A stretch of 64,000 nucleotides of DNA from Mytilus californianus (lineage: Eukaryota), in NCBI RefSeq assembly GCF_021869535.1, contig NW_026262679.1:55180001-55244000 (forward strand), given 5' to 3'. Position numbers and translations under genes: made by a program. Below the pieces are notes generated by a model, which was not told the origin of the DNA, made no database searches, and saw only the letters and a program-made list of their open reading frames with translations. This document shows, piece after piece, positions 23,350 through 37,030 of this stretch (positions are counted from its first letter, which is position 1; every line of letters starts with the position of its first letter).

Positions 23350-23393
23350 GCACCAGATACGCATTTCGACAAGTAATGTCTCTTCAGCGATGC
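23350..23393 (-). ncRNA. Minimal type I hammerhead ribozyme, family F1, core intact
   Basis: gcatcg-CTGAAGA-gaca(ttact)tgtc-GAAA-t(gcgt)a-TC^-tggtgc; stem I has two G-U pairs; AUC triplet; predicted cut 23356/23355. Confidence 0.8.
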
Positions 23394-25176
23394 TCAAGGC
23401 CAAATTAGTTAAAAGTCTAAAACATTAAAACAAACGTTGAGGAAATGGTAAAACCAATAACAACCAAAGTTAATGTAAAAGTAAAGTAAAGTGTTAAGTT
23501 AATGATATCATTATATTTTATTAGATAGAATATTCTTTATCAACCTTTACCTTAAAGTTTTAAGTTCATTTAATTTTAAATATTTTAATATAACTTCATT
23601 TGATCGTCTTTATATACTTATTTTTTTTTATAGAAAATACGCAGCCAATTATCAGATCCAATATCTGGTTCAATGTTTTAACAAACAATAGATTTATACA
23701 AATTTTTGCTTGATAATGTTTTTTTAGTTCCACACATACTTCTGTCAATACGATTTGTTTTTCAGTCTTTAAGATGGTGATCTAGTCGTTTTGTATTGGT
23801 TTCTTTGCTTTATGTATGCTAGCTTACCAGTTTGATTTATCTAAAATATCATCCCGAAATACACAGCTTTACCCACCTAGATTATTATTTACATTATTAT
23901 CTTCAAATTTTTAAATTATACTTTATTGTCAAAATTAATTAAAAATTCCATAATATTTGTATCTCTATCTCTAAATGTTTCGGATTTTTTTGTTAGACCG
24001 TCCCTAGAGTTAATTCCCAACATTTTATACCATCTTCATAAAAATCTTCAAAACTTTCTTAGCTAAGGTAATTATCTCCCTTGTTTATCTTTTTCCCAAA
24101 ATCAGTTTCTACCACTCCAGTATTTTTTTTCTGACATTTACACCAATTGCCTCACCATGTTACGCGCTGATTTTCACAATTTGTCCCTACACGAGTATGA
24201 ACTTTCCTACCCATTATATCTTTGTTTTATTTCTATATAATTTCAATGCCGAAATGAACCTCAGATCGCAAATTTCTAATTGGATGTGATTTAGACCAGA
24301 AAATAAAGTGGTAACTACTCTCATTGTCAGTTTGGACATTTTCATACTGCGATCTTTACAATTCAGTTTGATATATTTATTACATCTTAATCTTGCATTG
24401 ACGCCATGATTTCCACAGATGTAACATATTCTAAACCAGATAAAGAATATTTCTGATGTATACCGGATTGTTTTAAAAGATAGCAATATCTGACCAATGT
24501 TTACAACACATGTTTAAGAATGCTTGTACTGCGTTTCCGACCATATTCATTAAATTAATGATCCAGATTGAAAGCAGATCTGCTGCTTTCGGTAGTATCC
24601 TTTATTTTCATTTTGTATGTCATGCCAGTGATTAGTAGTCTCTTTATCACTACAAGAGTAACCATACATGGCAATTACGCGAAAGATTTAAATTCAAATG
24701 TTTTTTGGTGTTGTTTGAAAATAAAATTAATGTTCTAAAGTATCTAGCGTAAATATATAAATTGGACAATGATTTAGTAAAACTAATTAAGTGTAAAATG
24801 TCAAACTGTATCATTTAGGTATAGTTGCTAGCGTAGTTACTCAATCAATTCGAAAGCCAACATTACGCAAGCTCTGTTTTGTACTACTGCAATTGCTTAC
24901 TTTCCACTGGTTAAAACTTGATTAACCTTGATTTGTATCTTAAAATAGATGAGATTTGAAGTACTGCATAATGTAATTTAGCTAGTGCTTTGGTATTGTC
25001 ATAAGTTTAGTCATATATTTGCCTGTAAATTACCAGTCAATAAGTTATATCACTACCGGCACTAGAACAACAGATTACTAAGAAAACTTGGCAGTGGACG
25101 GGATGACATATTTTTTTCTACCATTTTGCATTGTTTGATAGTGTTTCAACACACTTCCAATATTATTGTATTGGGA

Positions 25177-25335
25177 TAAAAAGTAAAATAACAAAAATGC
25201 CGAACTCCAAGGAAAATTCAAAACGGAAAGTCTCTTATCAAATGGCAAAATTAAAAGCCCAAACACATCAAACGAATGGAAAACAACTGTCATATTCCTG
25301 ACTCGGTACAGGCATTTCCTTATGTAGAAAATGGT
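25177..25335 (-). mobile_element. Family B 3'-end fragment
   Basis: ccgaactccaaggaaaattcaaaacggaaag module. Confidence 0.8.
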
Positions 25336-26969
25336 ATGAAATGATCAAATACAATGAGAGCTATATTTTTTCTTCATATTTTATCTATTTTGAAATAAAC
25401 TTGAGACCTAGATGCCGGAAATTCCTTTCGTCTTTAAATAGACAGACAACTCCTTTGGTTTCTGTTTAATCCAAGAAATGAATCTTCTAAATCCGTTTAA
25501 TCTGCTCTATTATATTGTCATTTAAGCAACCAACACTCGGTTGTATACCATTTGAAAACAAAATCTTGTTTCTTGGTCTTGTTCAAGGTGTCAGCCAAGT
25601 TAATTATTTGGGTTTTCGAATAATTAAATAGTTTATGGAAACATGCATATTTACAGAACAGAGTATGACAGTGCGTAATAAAAGGTGTTTTTAAAAGTTA
25701 AATGACGTGTCTTCATATTAAGATAGTTTAAATAAAAGAATTAATAAGCAAAAAGCAACTCGGATAACAATCCATTGGTGGTTAGATTGGTGAATGAATA
25801 CGATTATTGCCAAGCTCTGAGAGAAAGGCTAAGTTTGTCATAGATTACTGAAAAAGACAAACAAAATGAAACTCAACGATAAAAATCAACTATGAAATTA
25901 CGACGATACGGAAAGAACCCTGTCCATAAGTGTTTTTTCAATAGTTGCATGAACTACCCGAAAAAAACAAAGCATGAATCTTAGGCTAAACATGCTAGTG
26001 AAGTCAGCATTACAACTACTAAAACAAGACACAAAAAAAAAACTGCACATGGGTGACGTACAGGATTACTTTAAATTAATACAAAAATTACTTGTAATTT
26101 CTTAAATATGAATTACTAGAAATTACTGATATTGATCACTCGAAATTAATTATTAAATGGATTATTTGAAATTACTTTTTAGTGTTAAGAAATTAATTAC
26201 TAGTATTTATTAAACTTACTAATAATAAATACCCATGATCAATAATTTTGACAAGTTCGAATACTTGATTGGAAAAAAGTTACGACTTTTTTTGTTATTC
26301 AAAGTAATATTTTGATTGTGCATCACTGATTACGGATGCAACGAATGCAGGTCTCATCTAGTACTTGCATTTGGTGAAACTCGTCCAGTATACACTTTTG
26401 ATACATTGCATAAACGTCTGTATGTTGAGCGCAGGATGAGTTTTTGCTTTTTTGACTTGAGTAAAGTTGTTTATTGTTGTTGGGTTTGTTTATTTATTGT
26501 ATTCTAGAATACCATTTGTTTTTACTCCAGTGCTTTTCATGTATTGATTGTTATTGTATGGTCCTTAATAACGTTTCTTTTATTGATTTAATGATTTAGA
26601 TTACATGTATATGATTGAGATCTTATTAACTGGTTTCAACCCCCACATGTTCACGTGTGTGTCCACAATCAGAAACATCGTTAGTGTTTTTCTTTCGTCA
26701 TATTTATTAAATTTGGTGGTGCATTGATTGCAAATTTGCAAAACCTCTGTTTAATTAATTTTCTACTAACCTAAATAAAAAGTGTTCTTTACATTAACAT
26801 TGAAATATACTAACCTGGAGAAAAACACGTTGGTATGAATTGTATTCCAAACAGAACGAGACTGAGTGCCATAGGAATCTCAACTTAGACAAAAATGTCA
26901 CGACAGTAAATAGGACGTGATGGCGATCGTAAAGCGTGTGTAGTGTCGAAACACCAATGCTAAATGCGA

Positions 26970-27240
26970 TTATCTGAGGGGAGAAGAACCTTGTTTAAAA
27001 TACATATACTGTGTGTGAACTTGCACGCGGGTAATGTTTCAATTGCGATATGTACACACCATACGACAAGGGAAGTTACTATGTAACTGTTGAGAAATGG
27101 GAAGTTGACACTGAAATGCAGAAATTGGAACTTCTTCGTCTGAAATAGATCATGCTATTAGTTCATCTTTATAATTATGTCAATTCAAGAAAAAGACCTA
27201 GATGTGAAGCAGATATACTTATTTCTGTAGTATCTTTGAT
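26970..27240 (-). pseudogene. Decayed PLE-like RT fragment
   Basis: IKDTTE...SAS.L.L.LE ... VNFPFL.S.I..S.SYGVYISQL. Confidence 0.7.
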
Positions 27241-27639
27241 TTGTTGTTTTAAAATTGCATGCCGGTGTGTTTATGACACCTTTATCACGACTTGAGCAAC
27301 CATGCAGAGCAAAACATGAAATGTTATTAGTTTGAAATATTTGGTGATTGAAAATAAAATAAATGTACTAGACTATCTATGATAAACATGTCAATTAGAA
27401 AATGTTATAAGTAAAGTTAACTTGACTCACACGTAACCTGTTTACTGTTTCACTGAAGTTATCGATGCTGTTATCATTTCCTTATCAATTCAAAATGTCA
27501 ACATTCCGGAAGTTTAATGTCAGCGTCTTATGCATTCGCTTACTTAGTGTTGGTTGAAACATTGGTCATGGAAGTCTGCAAAATGGAATATTCTCTCATT
27601 AACTTGAATAATCCGACTTGTCAAGTAATAAAATGAAAA

Positions 27640-27760
27640 TTACAGTTTATAATATTGCGCGTCCGAGAGCGCTTGTCTGGATTACCATCATTAGGAACGT
27701 TCAATCTGAAAAAAAAACTTTACAGCCAAGGAAGAATAAATACTTGAGCAATATGACCAA
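27640..27760 (-). repeat. F3 repeat relic, degenerate hammerhead at 27659-27702
   Basis: gaacgttc-ctaatga-tgg(taat)cca-gacaagcgctctc-ggacgc. Confidence 0.6.
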
Positions 27761-28959
27761 AATTGACCTAACTGTTAACAGTGTCATCAACATTTCACTA
27801 CGAGGGACAAGGAAATGTGAACCTACACCAATACGCTGGAGACCACAATTATGATTTTGAGTTCTTATGTGGATTATGCCAGATAATTGGTAGACCTCAG
27901 AAAACTGAGTCATGATTGTGAGGTCGTTTATACAAATCAAAATTAGAAATCTTAATGAGTCTACAACTATTCATGATAGATCTATCTTCAAAGACTCAAA
28001 TGGTACCGAAGATAAAGCTCAAAACAATTTGCTGTACGTTAATCACATTAGATGAACTGCTAGATAAATGTAACATGTATTGACAATTGACTTGGAAATC
28101 GAATATATACTAAAATGACGAAAACATTTTGTAAAGAGGAAGAGTTGAACAGTCATAGACTTATTAAATGTTTCTTTGGAATTCATCATGTCTGGTGAAT
28201 TTAGTTTTGGAGACAGATCTTAGATAGCCTCTATTAAATTCATTTTACTACTTTCATAGATTAGGAGCAATAATTAGCTTGATATATTGAATAAACATCT
28301 GTCAGTGACAAACGTTGAAATGGTTGTGTTGTTTGTAGAAATATAAAATGATTATGCATGTGTGCGTACAGTCCAGCTTACAGTTATAGTTTTATAAATT
28401 AACCCTGATTTATACCACATCACATTCATCTAACATCTGTCTAATGAGGATCTGTATCTTATCTACTGGATTTAAAATCAACATAATGTCCTTATAAACA
28501 ACGTTATTTTGCAAGGTCTGATAAATGGCAACAAATGTGTTATTCCAAAATATAAACATATATCTTATCAGCAATCAAACCCAAGCTAAATGGTCCCTTT
28601 GAATTTTTTCTCTTATTGCTATTTGAAGCCGTTTTATAAATTTGTTAATGTTAGAATGCCATACGATGACATACAAACAGATTGAAAGAATTACAAGAAG
28701 TTACATGAAAAATGAGCAGAGTTGATACAAGTATATGGTTTTAGGAAGGGATAAACACATGGTTTAAAAAGCAATGATTTAAACATGTGTTTATTGAGTT
28801 CTAAAATAACGGCATAATTAAGATGTTTGAATTAAAAAAAAACGAAAAAAAACCCATTTTATTTGGTACGTTCGGTGGACCTGTCCAAGAAAACATTTGG
28901 TATTCCCATAGTGACCAACTCGTCTCATTTTTTACAATGGATGTATATTGACAGACTTC

Positions 28960-29480
28960 AACATAACTAAATGAGTAACATGACGGTTGCAACTAGTGAA
29001 GCTGGATCTGCTTACCCTTTTCGACGTCTTTTGGTTTTTTTTTCTGGTAACGGTATTGCCAGTTTTTCTTTGACTCATGAGCCTTGAATGTCCCTTTGTA
29101 TCTTCAATCTCTTTTTGTAAAAGAGATGTTTTCGAATTTCCGATTGTCAAAATTTCATTTCCATGCAGCAACATTCCAACAGCATATGGAGTCAATATCT
29201 GAAAGTTGATATGATACTCAGAGTTTGCGTTTTCTGTCGCAAGTTCCCTAATAGAGCACTACAGGGTTCAGGCCTAACATAAAGCTATTGAATCAACGTC
29301 AACTGTTTTAACGGAAAAGTTCAAGTCATTTGTTATATATTTAAATATTTTACGGACATAGTTATCTGATAGGCCGTTATTGAATATACAAGTCCAAGAT
29401 TTTCACGGATGTATTCTAATTGTCATCACCATAATCCCGTTTCATCATTGAATGCGATATATCACCGGATTTCTACCTGC
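28960..29480 (+). mobile_element. Family A 3'-end fragment followed directly by a decayed RT C-terminal fragment
   Basis: ggatctgcttacccttt tail (28960-29110), then KRD.F.FPIV..SNIPTAYGV at 29115-29220. Confidence 0.65.
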
Positions 29481-30576
29481 AAAGAACTACACGGAAGGTA
29501 CAGAAATCTTCCGAAAAGCACTATTGTCTGTCCCTTCGTGTTTTCTTTTATTGGTCATTTGGTAATCTATCTTTCTTTCAATTATGGTTCTGAATTGCGC
29601 CCTTGGTATCTTCTCTGTGAAAGTGTAATGTTTAATTATAGAATTGAATGTTATTTTAAGAAGAAATAAAAAACGAAAGAAAAGGAAGTGACGATCACAT
29701 TTTGCTTGACGCGCGTGGTCGTCAATTGCTTTCATTTAGGTGAAACTTGCATACTGAAAATGTCGATTTCAAAATAGAAAGCTCATACAATATGTATCCA
29801 ACTTCAATAATAGTAATATAGCCTAGGATAATAATTTATTGTTTTATCTTTCTATTTAACAATTTTTTCATATTCATAATATATGATGTATAATGTCAAT
29901 CACTTTTTAAATTAGTAAAATTTGCAATTTTATTTTAAAACATAACCGTTTCCATGAAGTAAACGAACAACATGTAAAAATAATGTTTATTTATTATTAT
30001 GAAGGTACGGTTAATAAGTTTGTTCTTGGAATATGTTTTATAAATTTGAAAATATGACACAATGAGGTGGTTCATCTTGCAGCCAATAAGAATTACGTCT
30101 TGTGAGCGGCACTGTTCCTCCAAGAAGACAAAATGATTAATAAATTAAAGTAAAAATTCAGTGTTTATGATGAAAATAGTTTCAAGGTCAGAGTAATCTT
30201 AACTCATGTTATTGTATCATATTCATTTCTCTGCAAACGGCATGTGATTCTATAGTTTTTATCGTACGCTTCAGGTAAAAAGTTCTTAAAGTAAAAATCT
30301 GTAATTGTTAAAAATTTTAAAATACACATATAATGTAAGATTTGCTTGGGAGATTCACAATCCTAATCTTAGCTACATTACCAGTAATATCCATCAAATA
30401 AAATATTCGAATCGAAATGTATCCTTCATCTAGTGCTCTTGTATTTTGGCGTTTCAAACGATTAGTCTTTAGCGTACATGATAAAAACAAAAACAAGTTC
30501 AACAGGCACGTGTTGTGCAAATTGAAATCAGTATAATGACGATCAAATGTTTTAAGAATAATCCATCTGTGGTAGC

Positions 30577-31560
30577 AATGTAAAAAGTAAAATTACAAAA
30601 ATACCGAACTCCGAGGAAAATTCTAAACGGAAAGTTCCTAAGTAAATGGCAAATTCAAAAGCTCAAACACATCAAACGAATGGATAACAACTGTCATATT
30701 CATGACTTGGTACAGGCATTTTCTTATGTAGAAAATGGTGGATTTAACCTGGTTTTATAGTTAGCTAAACTTCTCACTTGTATGACAGTCGCATAAATTT
30801 CCATTATATTGACAACGATGTGGGAACAAAACAAACCGACATAATAGGTAAAAATGTCAAAAATAGGGGTACAGCAGTCAACATTGTGTTATAATCTTAA
30901 TCGCTACTAAAACAAGCAAATATGTCAACAAAGACAAACAAAAAGGCATATAAACAAACCACATTAGCAAAAACGACAGAATACAAAAATTTACCATAGC
31001 ACAACAACACAATGACGGGATGTACAAGTACCGAGCCACGTCAAATGAATCACTACAAAATCAAGCAAATATGCCAACAAAGAAAAACAAAAAGGCATAT
31101 TGACAAAGCACATTAGCAAAAACGAGAGAGAAGGATACAAAAATTTACCATAGCACAATAACAAAATGACGGGATGTACAAGTACTGAGCCTCGTCAAAC
31201 AGATATTACAAAAAATAGACTAAACAGTAAAAGTAATAATTTACAATGACAAATAAAAGAATAATATAACACGTTATTAAGATGATAAACAACGTCAGTA
31301 CCTAGAATATATACTTCAAGACCATCGTGTATTATTTGTGAAGTTGATACCTAATATTTATCAACAAGGTCTTGGTATCTTCCAATGAACTATTTTAGAA
31401 AAAGGACAAGACGTTCTTTAACATACCTCTGGTTCATCAACTTTCTGCTTAGACACTGGTGACGTTGTACAAAGTCTGAGTAGCAGCAGCTGCAAGCTCT
31501 TTAATATCGAATGAGTTGGGAAATGTATATACCATATGCAGGTGAAGTTGGTATAAGCGT
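30577..31560 (-). mobile_element. 5'-truncated PLE-like element, family B: RT C-terminus plus 3' UTR with an internal ~150-bp duplication
   Basis: Minus strand IPTSPAYGIYISQLIRY*RACS.YSDF..RH..LSRKLMNQ..FIGRYQDLVDKY (31555-31305); the UTR ends in ggagttcggtatttttgtaattttac. Duplicated blocks at ~30915-31050 and ~31063-31200. Confidence 0.85.
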
Positions 31561-32291
31561 ATTATACAGTTTTAGTGCACGTGTTAATGGAATAGATTTC
31601 ATTAAGTCGAGCGAAATTTTTTTTAAAGGCAGTATGTTTCAAAAACAGGATTTCAAGATTTATTTCATTATGAAACATGTCTAAAATGATGGAATACAAT
31701 AATACAATAAGGGTCTTATTGATTTTTATTTAAACATATAATTCATTTTTAATGAATCTACCTTAGTAGACTTCATCATACACTATTTGAAACAAATCTT
31801 TATCACCCCAGTTTTTTGTGAAGTTCGTCTTGCTCAATCTTTAATTTAAAAAAAATGTAGATTTTCACGATATTATAAGTTTAACGGTTAATGTAAGTAA
31901 GAGAAAAAAAGATTGATTACTTGATGGATTAAAAAATACTTAACTCCATGCTTAAACAGAAGCACTCATTTTGTAGTAAAAGCGTTTTTACAATGTTGTT
32001 TTTATTTTGTTTACCCTTGTATTTATATTTTACTTATTTTTTATTTTATCAAGGAAGTGTATACGGTATGTGCTATCAACGACAAAAACGTTTTCCGGTG
32101 TCCTCGTCAATTTATTATCAACGACACAAACGTATTGTGTTGTGTTGTATGTCTGTGATATGTGTTTACACATTTTGGGCTGCAGGATCCAAAATATTGT
32201 CACATTAACTAATTATGCCTGTTTGAGCTGCTCAACCAATGTAGTCAATATAACGGATTTATTAACAACTGTCATACAAGTGAAACGTTTA

Positions 32292-32457
32292 TCTAGCTAT
32301 ATACCAGGTATAACCCACCCTTTTCTTCTTTAATTACCGGACAGGTCATGAATATGGCAGTTGTTTTCCGCTTGTTCTGTTGATTGGTAGCGTTTGATTT
32401 TATGGAGGTTCCGTTTTTGAATTTATCTTGGAGTTCGGTATTTTTGTTATACTTTTT
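32292..32457 (+). mobile_element. Family B 3'-end fragment
   Basis: ggagttcggtatttttgttatactttt terminus. Confidence 0.7.
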
Positions 32458-33244
32458 GTTTGTCATTATATAAGGAAAGGCGAAATTGAAGATTTCTTAA
32501 CGAATAGAATATAACTCAAATGATAAAATCAATATTAAATGTCGATGGTATGTAACGAACTCTGTCCTATACTATTTTCCAAATGATTTCATAAATTACT
32601 CGACAAAACAAAACACGACTGTCACACTAAAAATCCTGATTCAGGCAACACAACATCAACTGTACGGTATTTGAGTACTAGGTATATGGAGTCAGTCTAA
32701 TTTTTAATAACCGCTAAAGTAGCTTTCAAATATAAACAAATGAAAAAAACCCAAGAAGCCAACAGATGTATCCAATTTACAAAACAGTATGCGTTAATCA
32801 AAACAAAAAAAAAAAAAACTGACAAAGGTAAACTTAAGAAACAAACGTTATATTTGAATTAACATAAAGAAAGTCTACTTAAGACTTAAACACAGTCAAT
32901 GACACAACCACTCCTTCAAACATAGTAAGCAAGTTACGCATGCGTACACACAATCCAAAGTAAATTGTGCATTTAGACGATTGTATTATATAGGTAAATG
33001 TAAGAAATGTAAACAACCCAAATTCACCGTGATATACAAATGAATAGATAAATTAAAGACAACAGTGACAATTTATTCTACATTAATAAAATTCAAAAGT
33101 GTATAAAGTAAATTATTGTTTTATTGATTTCATGGTTTCATGGCTTATTTTGCTACCTACTCCAGTGAATATTGTAAATTTAATTAAGCTTCTAGTCGGT
33201 TATCTCTCTTTAATATATATAGAATTACAGACACGTGAATTGGA

Positions 33245-33500
33245 AAAAAGTATTAACAAAAATACCGAACTCAAAGGTATATTCAAAGCAGGGAAGTCCA
33301 TAAAACTTGACAAAATCAAACGCTCAACCAACGGAACTAATATAAACAACTGTCGTATTCCGGAATTGGTACAGGCATTTTCTGAAGAAAATAGTGGGTT
33401 GAACATGGTTTACTTTTTATAGCTAACTAAACCTTCGTATTATGTGAAAGTCATTTATAGTTCTGTTATATTGACATAATTTGATGAGCAGCCCAATCAG
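33245..33500 (-). mobile_element. Family B 3'-end fragment
   Basis: ccgaactcaaagg...ttggtacaggcatttt. Confidence 0.75.
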
Positions 33501-33829
33501 ACTTAATTGGTTAAGGTGGCATTCAACAGCTAAAACTGTGTAAACATGCATCACAGACACACAAACACAACTGACTTAAAAATTCAAACAAACAATACAT
33601 AAATCTGATAAAGACGTCAACAAGATAAGCCGAATAGATCTGGGAAAATATATGTTGTTTTAGTTTATTCAGATATTTTAATATTAAGGACCATTATTGA
33701 GTCATAGCTATCAAGTGAAATGCATAAACAAACCTTTCCTTTGTAAATTTCATGTATCAAGCATTTAATATATCTTCATAACATCTGTTTGGACGGGATT
33801 AGAATAAATGATTAAATTTAAGGCTATAA

Positions 33830-34330
33830 CCATTCATTCTCCTACAAGCACTCACTTGCAATTATGGATCATTAGACGATTTAAAAACTATGTTTTTCAG
33901 TGGAATTTTAGTATTACATTCAATAAACGTTTCTGCTTCAGTAATAGCAATTTGTTTTTCAATTCTTTCCATGTTGTTTTGTGCTCAATTTGCATGTGAA
34001 ATTTTCTGTCGGACGTTCACCTTCCAACAATCAATCGAACATTTAAGCAAATATCGTCGTTTTACCCATATTTTTTCCTATTTTATATTAAATATAAATT
34101 ATTTATTTCGTGCGTTAATCGTTTCACCTTTTTAATGAAATCGTTTTTTTTTTAAATATTAACAATCCTACAGATTAAGAGAGAGTATTATTGTATACTA
34201 TAGTTTTCTGCTTTGATCATGCATGTCTCTTATTTAAAAGGATTATTTTTCAAACATGTATATTGAAGTTTGAAATTTCGACAACCGTTTTTTGTTTAGT
34301 GTACATAGAGCTATTCCATTTATGTTTCAT
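33830..34330. repeat. Third, more diverged paralog of the 18035-18500 block
   Basis: ctacaagcactca..atcattagacgat..; tgaaatttcgacaaccgt. Confidence 0.55.
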
Positions 34331-34659
34331 TTTGTTAAGTTAGAATTTAAATGTGTGGGTCTCTGCAATGTCTCAGAATATTCATTTTTCTAGACACAAT
34401 TCCTCTCATTTCTACTTCTTGTTTCTCATACTTTTTGCAAACCATTTAATCGATCATTAGAAAAATTGCACTCATATTTCAATGCAATTGCATCTCACAC
34501 ATCATAGTAATTGTCAAAGGTTTTGCTATATGAATTTAACAGGAAAGGAATTTTCTACTGCTTATTTTTTTAGATTTTCCCGTTTGTATGTTTTACAAAG
34601 TTTACTGTAGACGTGTCAGACCAGTTTTTTTCAAGGCAGTTTTTGTTATAACATGCATC

Positions 34660-35164
34660 TTGTTTATTATTATTTATACCTATGTGGGTTTCCGAATTTT
34701 CGCTCTGAGCGTTCCTGATTAATGTAGATAACAATTGCTCATCAGACGCAGAATACTAGTTCTTTGATTGTATAATTTCACTTAATTGTAGGCTTGACAG
34801 GATGTATCGTTAATTGTCAATATGGAAATATGAGCGTCACCAGCTGTTCTAACACTACTTAATGAGGAAGTTCAGGGACTTCCTGTCTCCGGGTGTTTTC
34901 ATTTTGCATACACCAGTCGAATTATTTTGTCCGCGTGAGGTACCATTTATATTGTTTACTATTATTTATACATATGTGCATGTGGCCTTCCGAAGTTTCC
35001 CTCTGAGCGTTCCTGATGAATGTAGATACACAATTACACATCAGACACAGAATACTTTGATTGTATCATTTTACCTAATTGTAGGCTTTACAAGATTATC
35101 GTTTTAATTGTCAATATTGAGATATGAGCGTCACAAGCTGTTCTAAAACTACTTAATGAGGAAG
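34660..35164 (+). repeat. ~296-bp tandem dimer with decayed F3 hammerhead motifs
   Basis: gagcgttcctgat at 34707 and 35005; aatgaggaag at 34861 and 35155. Confidence 0.75.
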
Positions 35165-35191
35165 TGCCTGGTCGAATGAGTTTGTCCAAAA

Positions 35192-35300
35192 GTCTACAAA
35201 AGACTCATCAGTGACCAAATAAAATACGAAGTTGAAGAGCACTGAGGACCAAACATTCCGAAAGGTTTTGCCAAATACAGCTAAGGTAATATATTCCTCA
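35192..35300 (-). repeat. F2 repeat fragment with half a hammerhead
   Basis: gtca-ctgatga-gtct(tttgt)agac; GAAA and stem III are missing. Confidence 0.7.
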
Positions 35301-35399
35301 AATAAAATCTAACTTGTTAAGCTTGGTACCCCATTGAGTTTTTCGCAAAAACCGCTAGGTTTTCTTCATAAATTAACGTTCACTTGAGACCAAATGACG

Positions 35400-35585
35400 A
35401 AAAGGTAGCAACTATAGGTCACTGTACGGCCTTCAACAATGAGTAAAACCGTTACCGCATAGCAAGCTATAAAAGGCCCCGAAATGACAAATTAAAAACA
35501 ATCAAGCGAAAAAACTGGCGGCCTGATTTATGTACAAAATAATAAACGAAACACATATGTTTATGATATACAGCAGCAAACAAAA
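35400..35585 (-). mobile_element. Non-autonomous repeat fragment (gtacggccttcaacaatgag module)
   Basis: Shared with 44105-44305, 46355-46690, 57140-57560 and 62370-62560. Confidence 0.65.
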
Positions 35586-35589
35586 ATCA

Positions 35590-37030
35590 CACCTGTGTTT
35601 GTCAATTATGAAGTACGAAACTGACAGTCAACGGCGATATATTGAGTACTAGAATACACAATGATTATGCAATATGCAGAATGTCAATGTTGTTTTAAGC
35701 TCAATTATTTTCGATGATTTCCTGCATTAAGAAGCTTAAATTTTTTTTTTGTATTTCAGTTGATTACAATTGGGACTGGGATATCAATCAGGACAATTAC
35801 CATTTTCAGGTTCAACTAAAACAAAAGCCTACGCATGTTTAGTAATTTGATTGTCATTCTAACGTACATCATCATTAAATAAAAAAAAACTATTGGTAAT
35901 TAAATGTAATGATCCATTACATTTGATAAATACATATTCAATCAATATGATGATACCAAAAACAAGTGTAAAACTATTTAATAGTGATATTAAAAAAAAA
36001 AGGCGGAAGATATTAAAGTCGAAAAAAACCAGACACAGCTTGGCATAAAACACCACCAACTAGCTGGAGTAATATCAGGTGCTCTGGGATGGTAAGCATA
36101 TACTGTTTCACATATAGCACCCGTCACGTTGCTCATGTATTTACAAATTCAGTAATAAATCTCATTGAATGATGTCACATTAGAGGAAAAAAGGACGGAA
36201 TTGTGGGTACGACAATTGGAACATATCCGTTGTCACCTGTGAAACAGATAATCCATAACGATTATCCTACTCGTGATGACGTTCTTAAAAAAAAATCTTG
36301 GAACAGTTGATAAATGCGATCAACATAGTCACCAACTTGATTACTAATTGAAAGGACATCATCTATAAAGGGAACGTAAAGTTAGGGGATAGCGCCAGCT
36401 TCTTTGCATTACTCTTAAGAAGCTCCTTTATGAAGTCTACTTAACATTAATAAAGGAAGAAGTCGGCAATAATTTGTTAATATTTTCATCTTTAAATCCA
36501 TTTCATAGAACGTCATTACATCTTTAATCAAATTTCTATATACTGGTTCAGTGCATACATATTTATAAGTGGGGATACGACTAGCGTTAAGGGGAAAACG
36601 GGGTCTTAATATTGACTAAGGGAAGATTTTGAGTACATTTCCGAGTTCCAAAACACAGATATTAGGTCAAATATATACAAACTTGATTCAAACCTAGTTT
36701 CACTTTTTCTTTAAAATGCCTAAAAATGAGGCATTTTGTTTTTCATTTGTTATAATCAATTCTCAATTAACCACAAAAAGCATACGGCTTACATCTACCT
36801 AACTCGAAGAAAATATATTAAAATATCTCAGATAAAAATATACATTCATTACAGTACACTGAATGAACTCCAACGAATCTCCTTTTTTATATACATATAA
36901 CTGTTATATAATTGTTGAGTTTATGCTTTCAGTTGTTATTTTTTGGGGGAGGGGGTTTTCCCAACTAATGGTCTCGAGGGTACCTGAGATATTTTTTTTT
37001 AAAGAGATACGTTTTGTGCGCAAAGTCATC
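35590..37030. repeat. Old dispersed duplication, copy A (paralog 46950-47855)
   Basis: Anchors agaatacacaatgattatgcaatat, gatttcctgcatt, catctttaaatccatttc and gatacgttttg; copy A carries a family A insertion at 35995-36300. Confidence 0.7.
35995..36300 (-). mobile_element. Family A 3' end
   Basis: ggtgctctgggatggtaagc, gttgctcatg and aggacggaattgtg motifs. Confidence 0.65.

Larger units (their letters stand above)
21020..24090. repeat. Local duplication, copy B, with ~1.2 kb of nested insertions at 21299-22520
   Basis: Homology to copy A stops at a TA run at ~21298 and resumes at ~22525. Confidence 0.8.
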
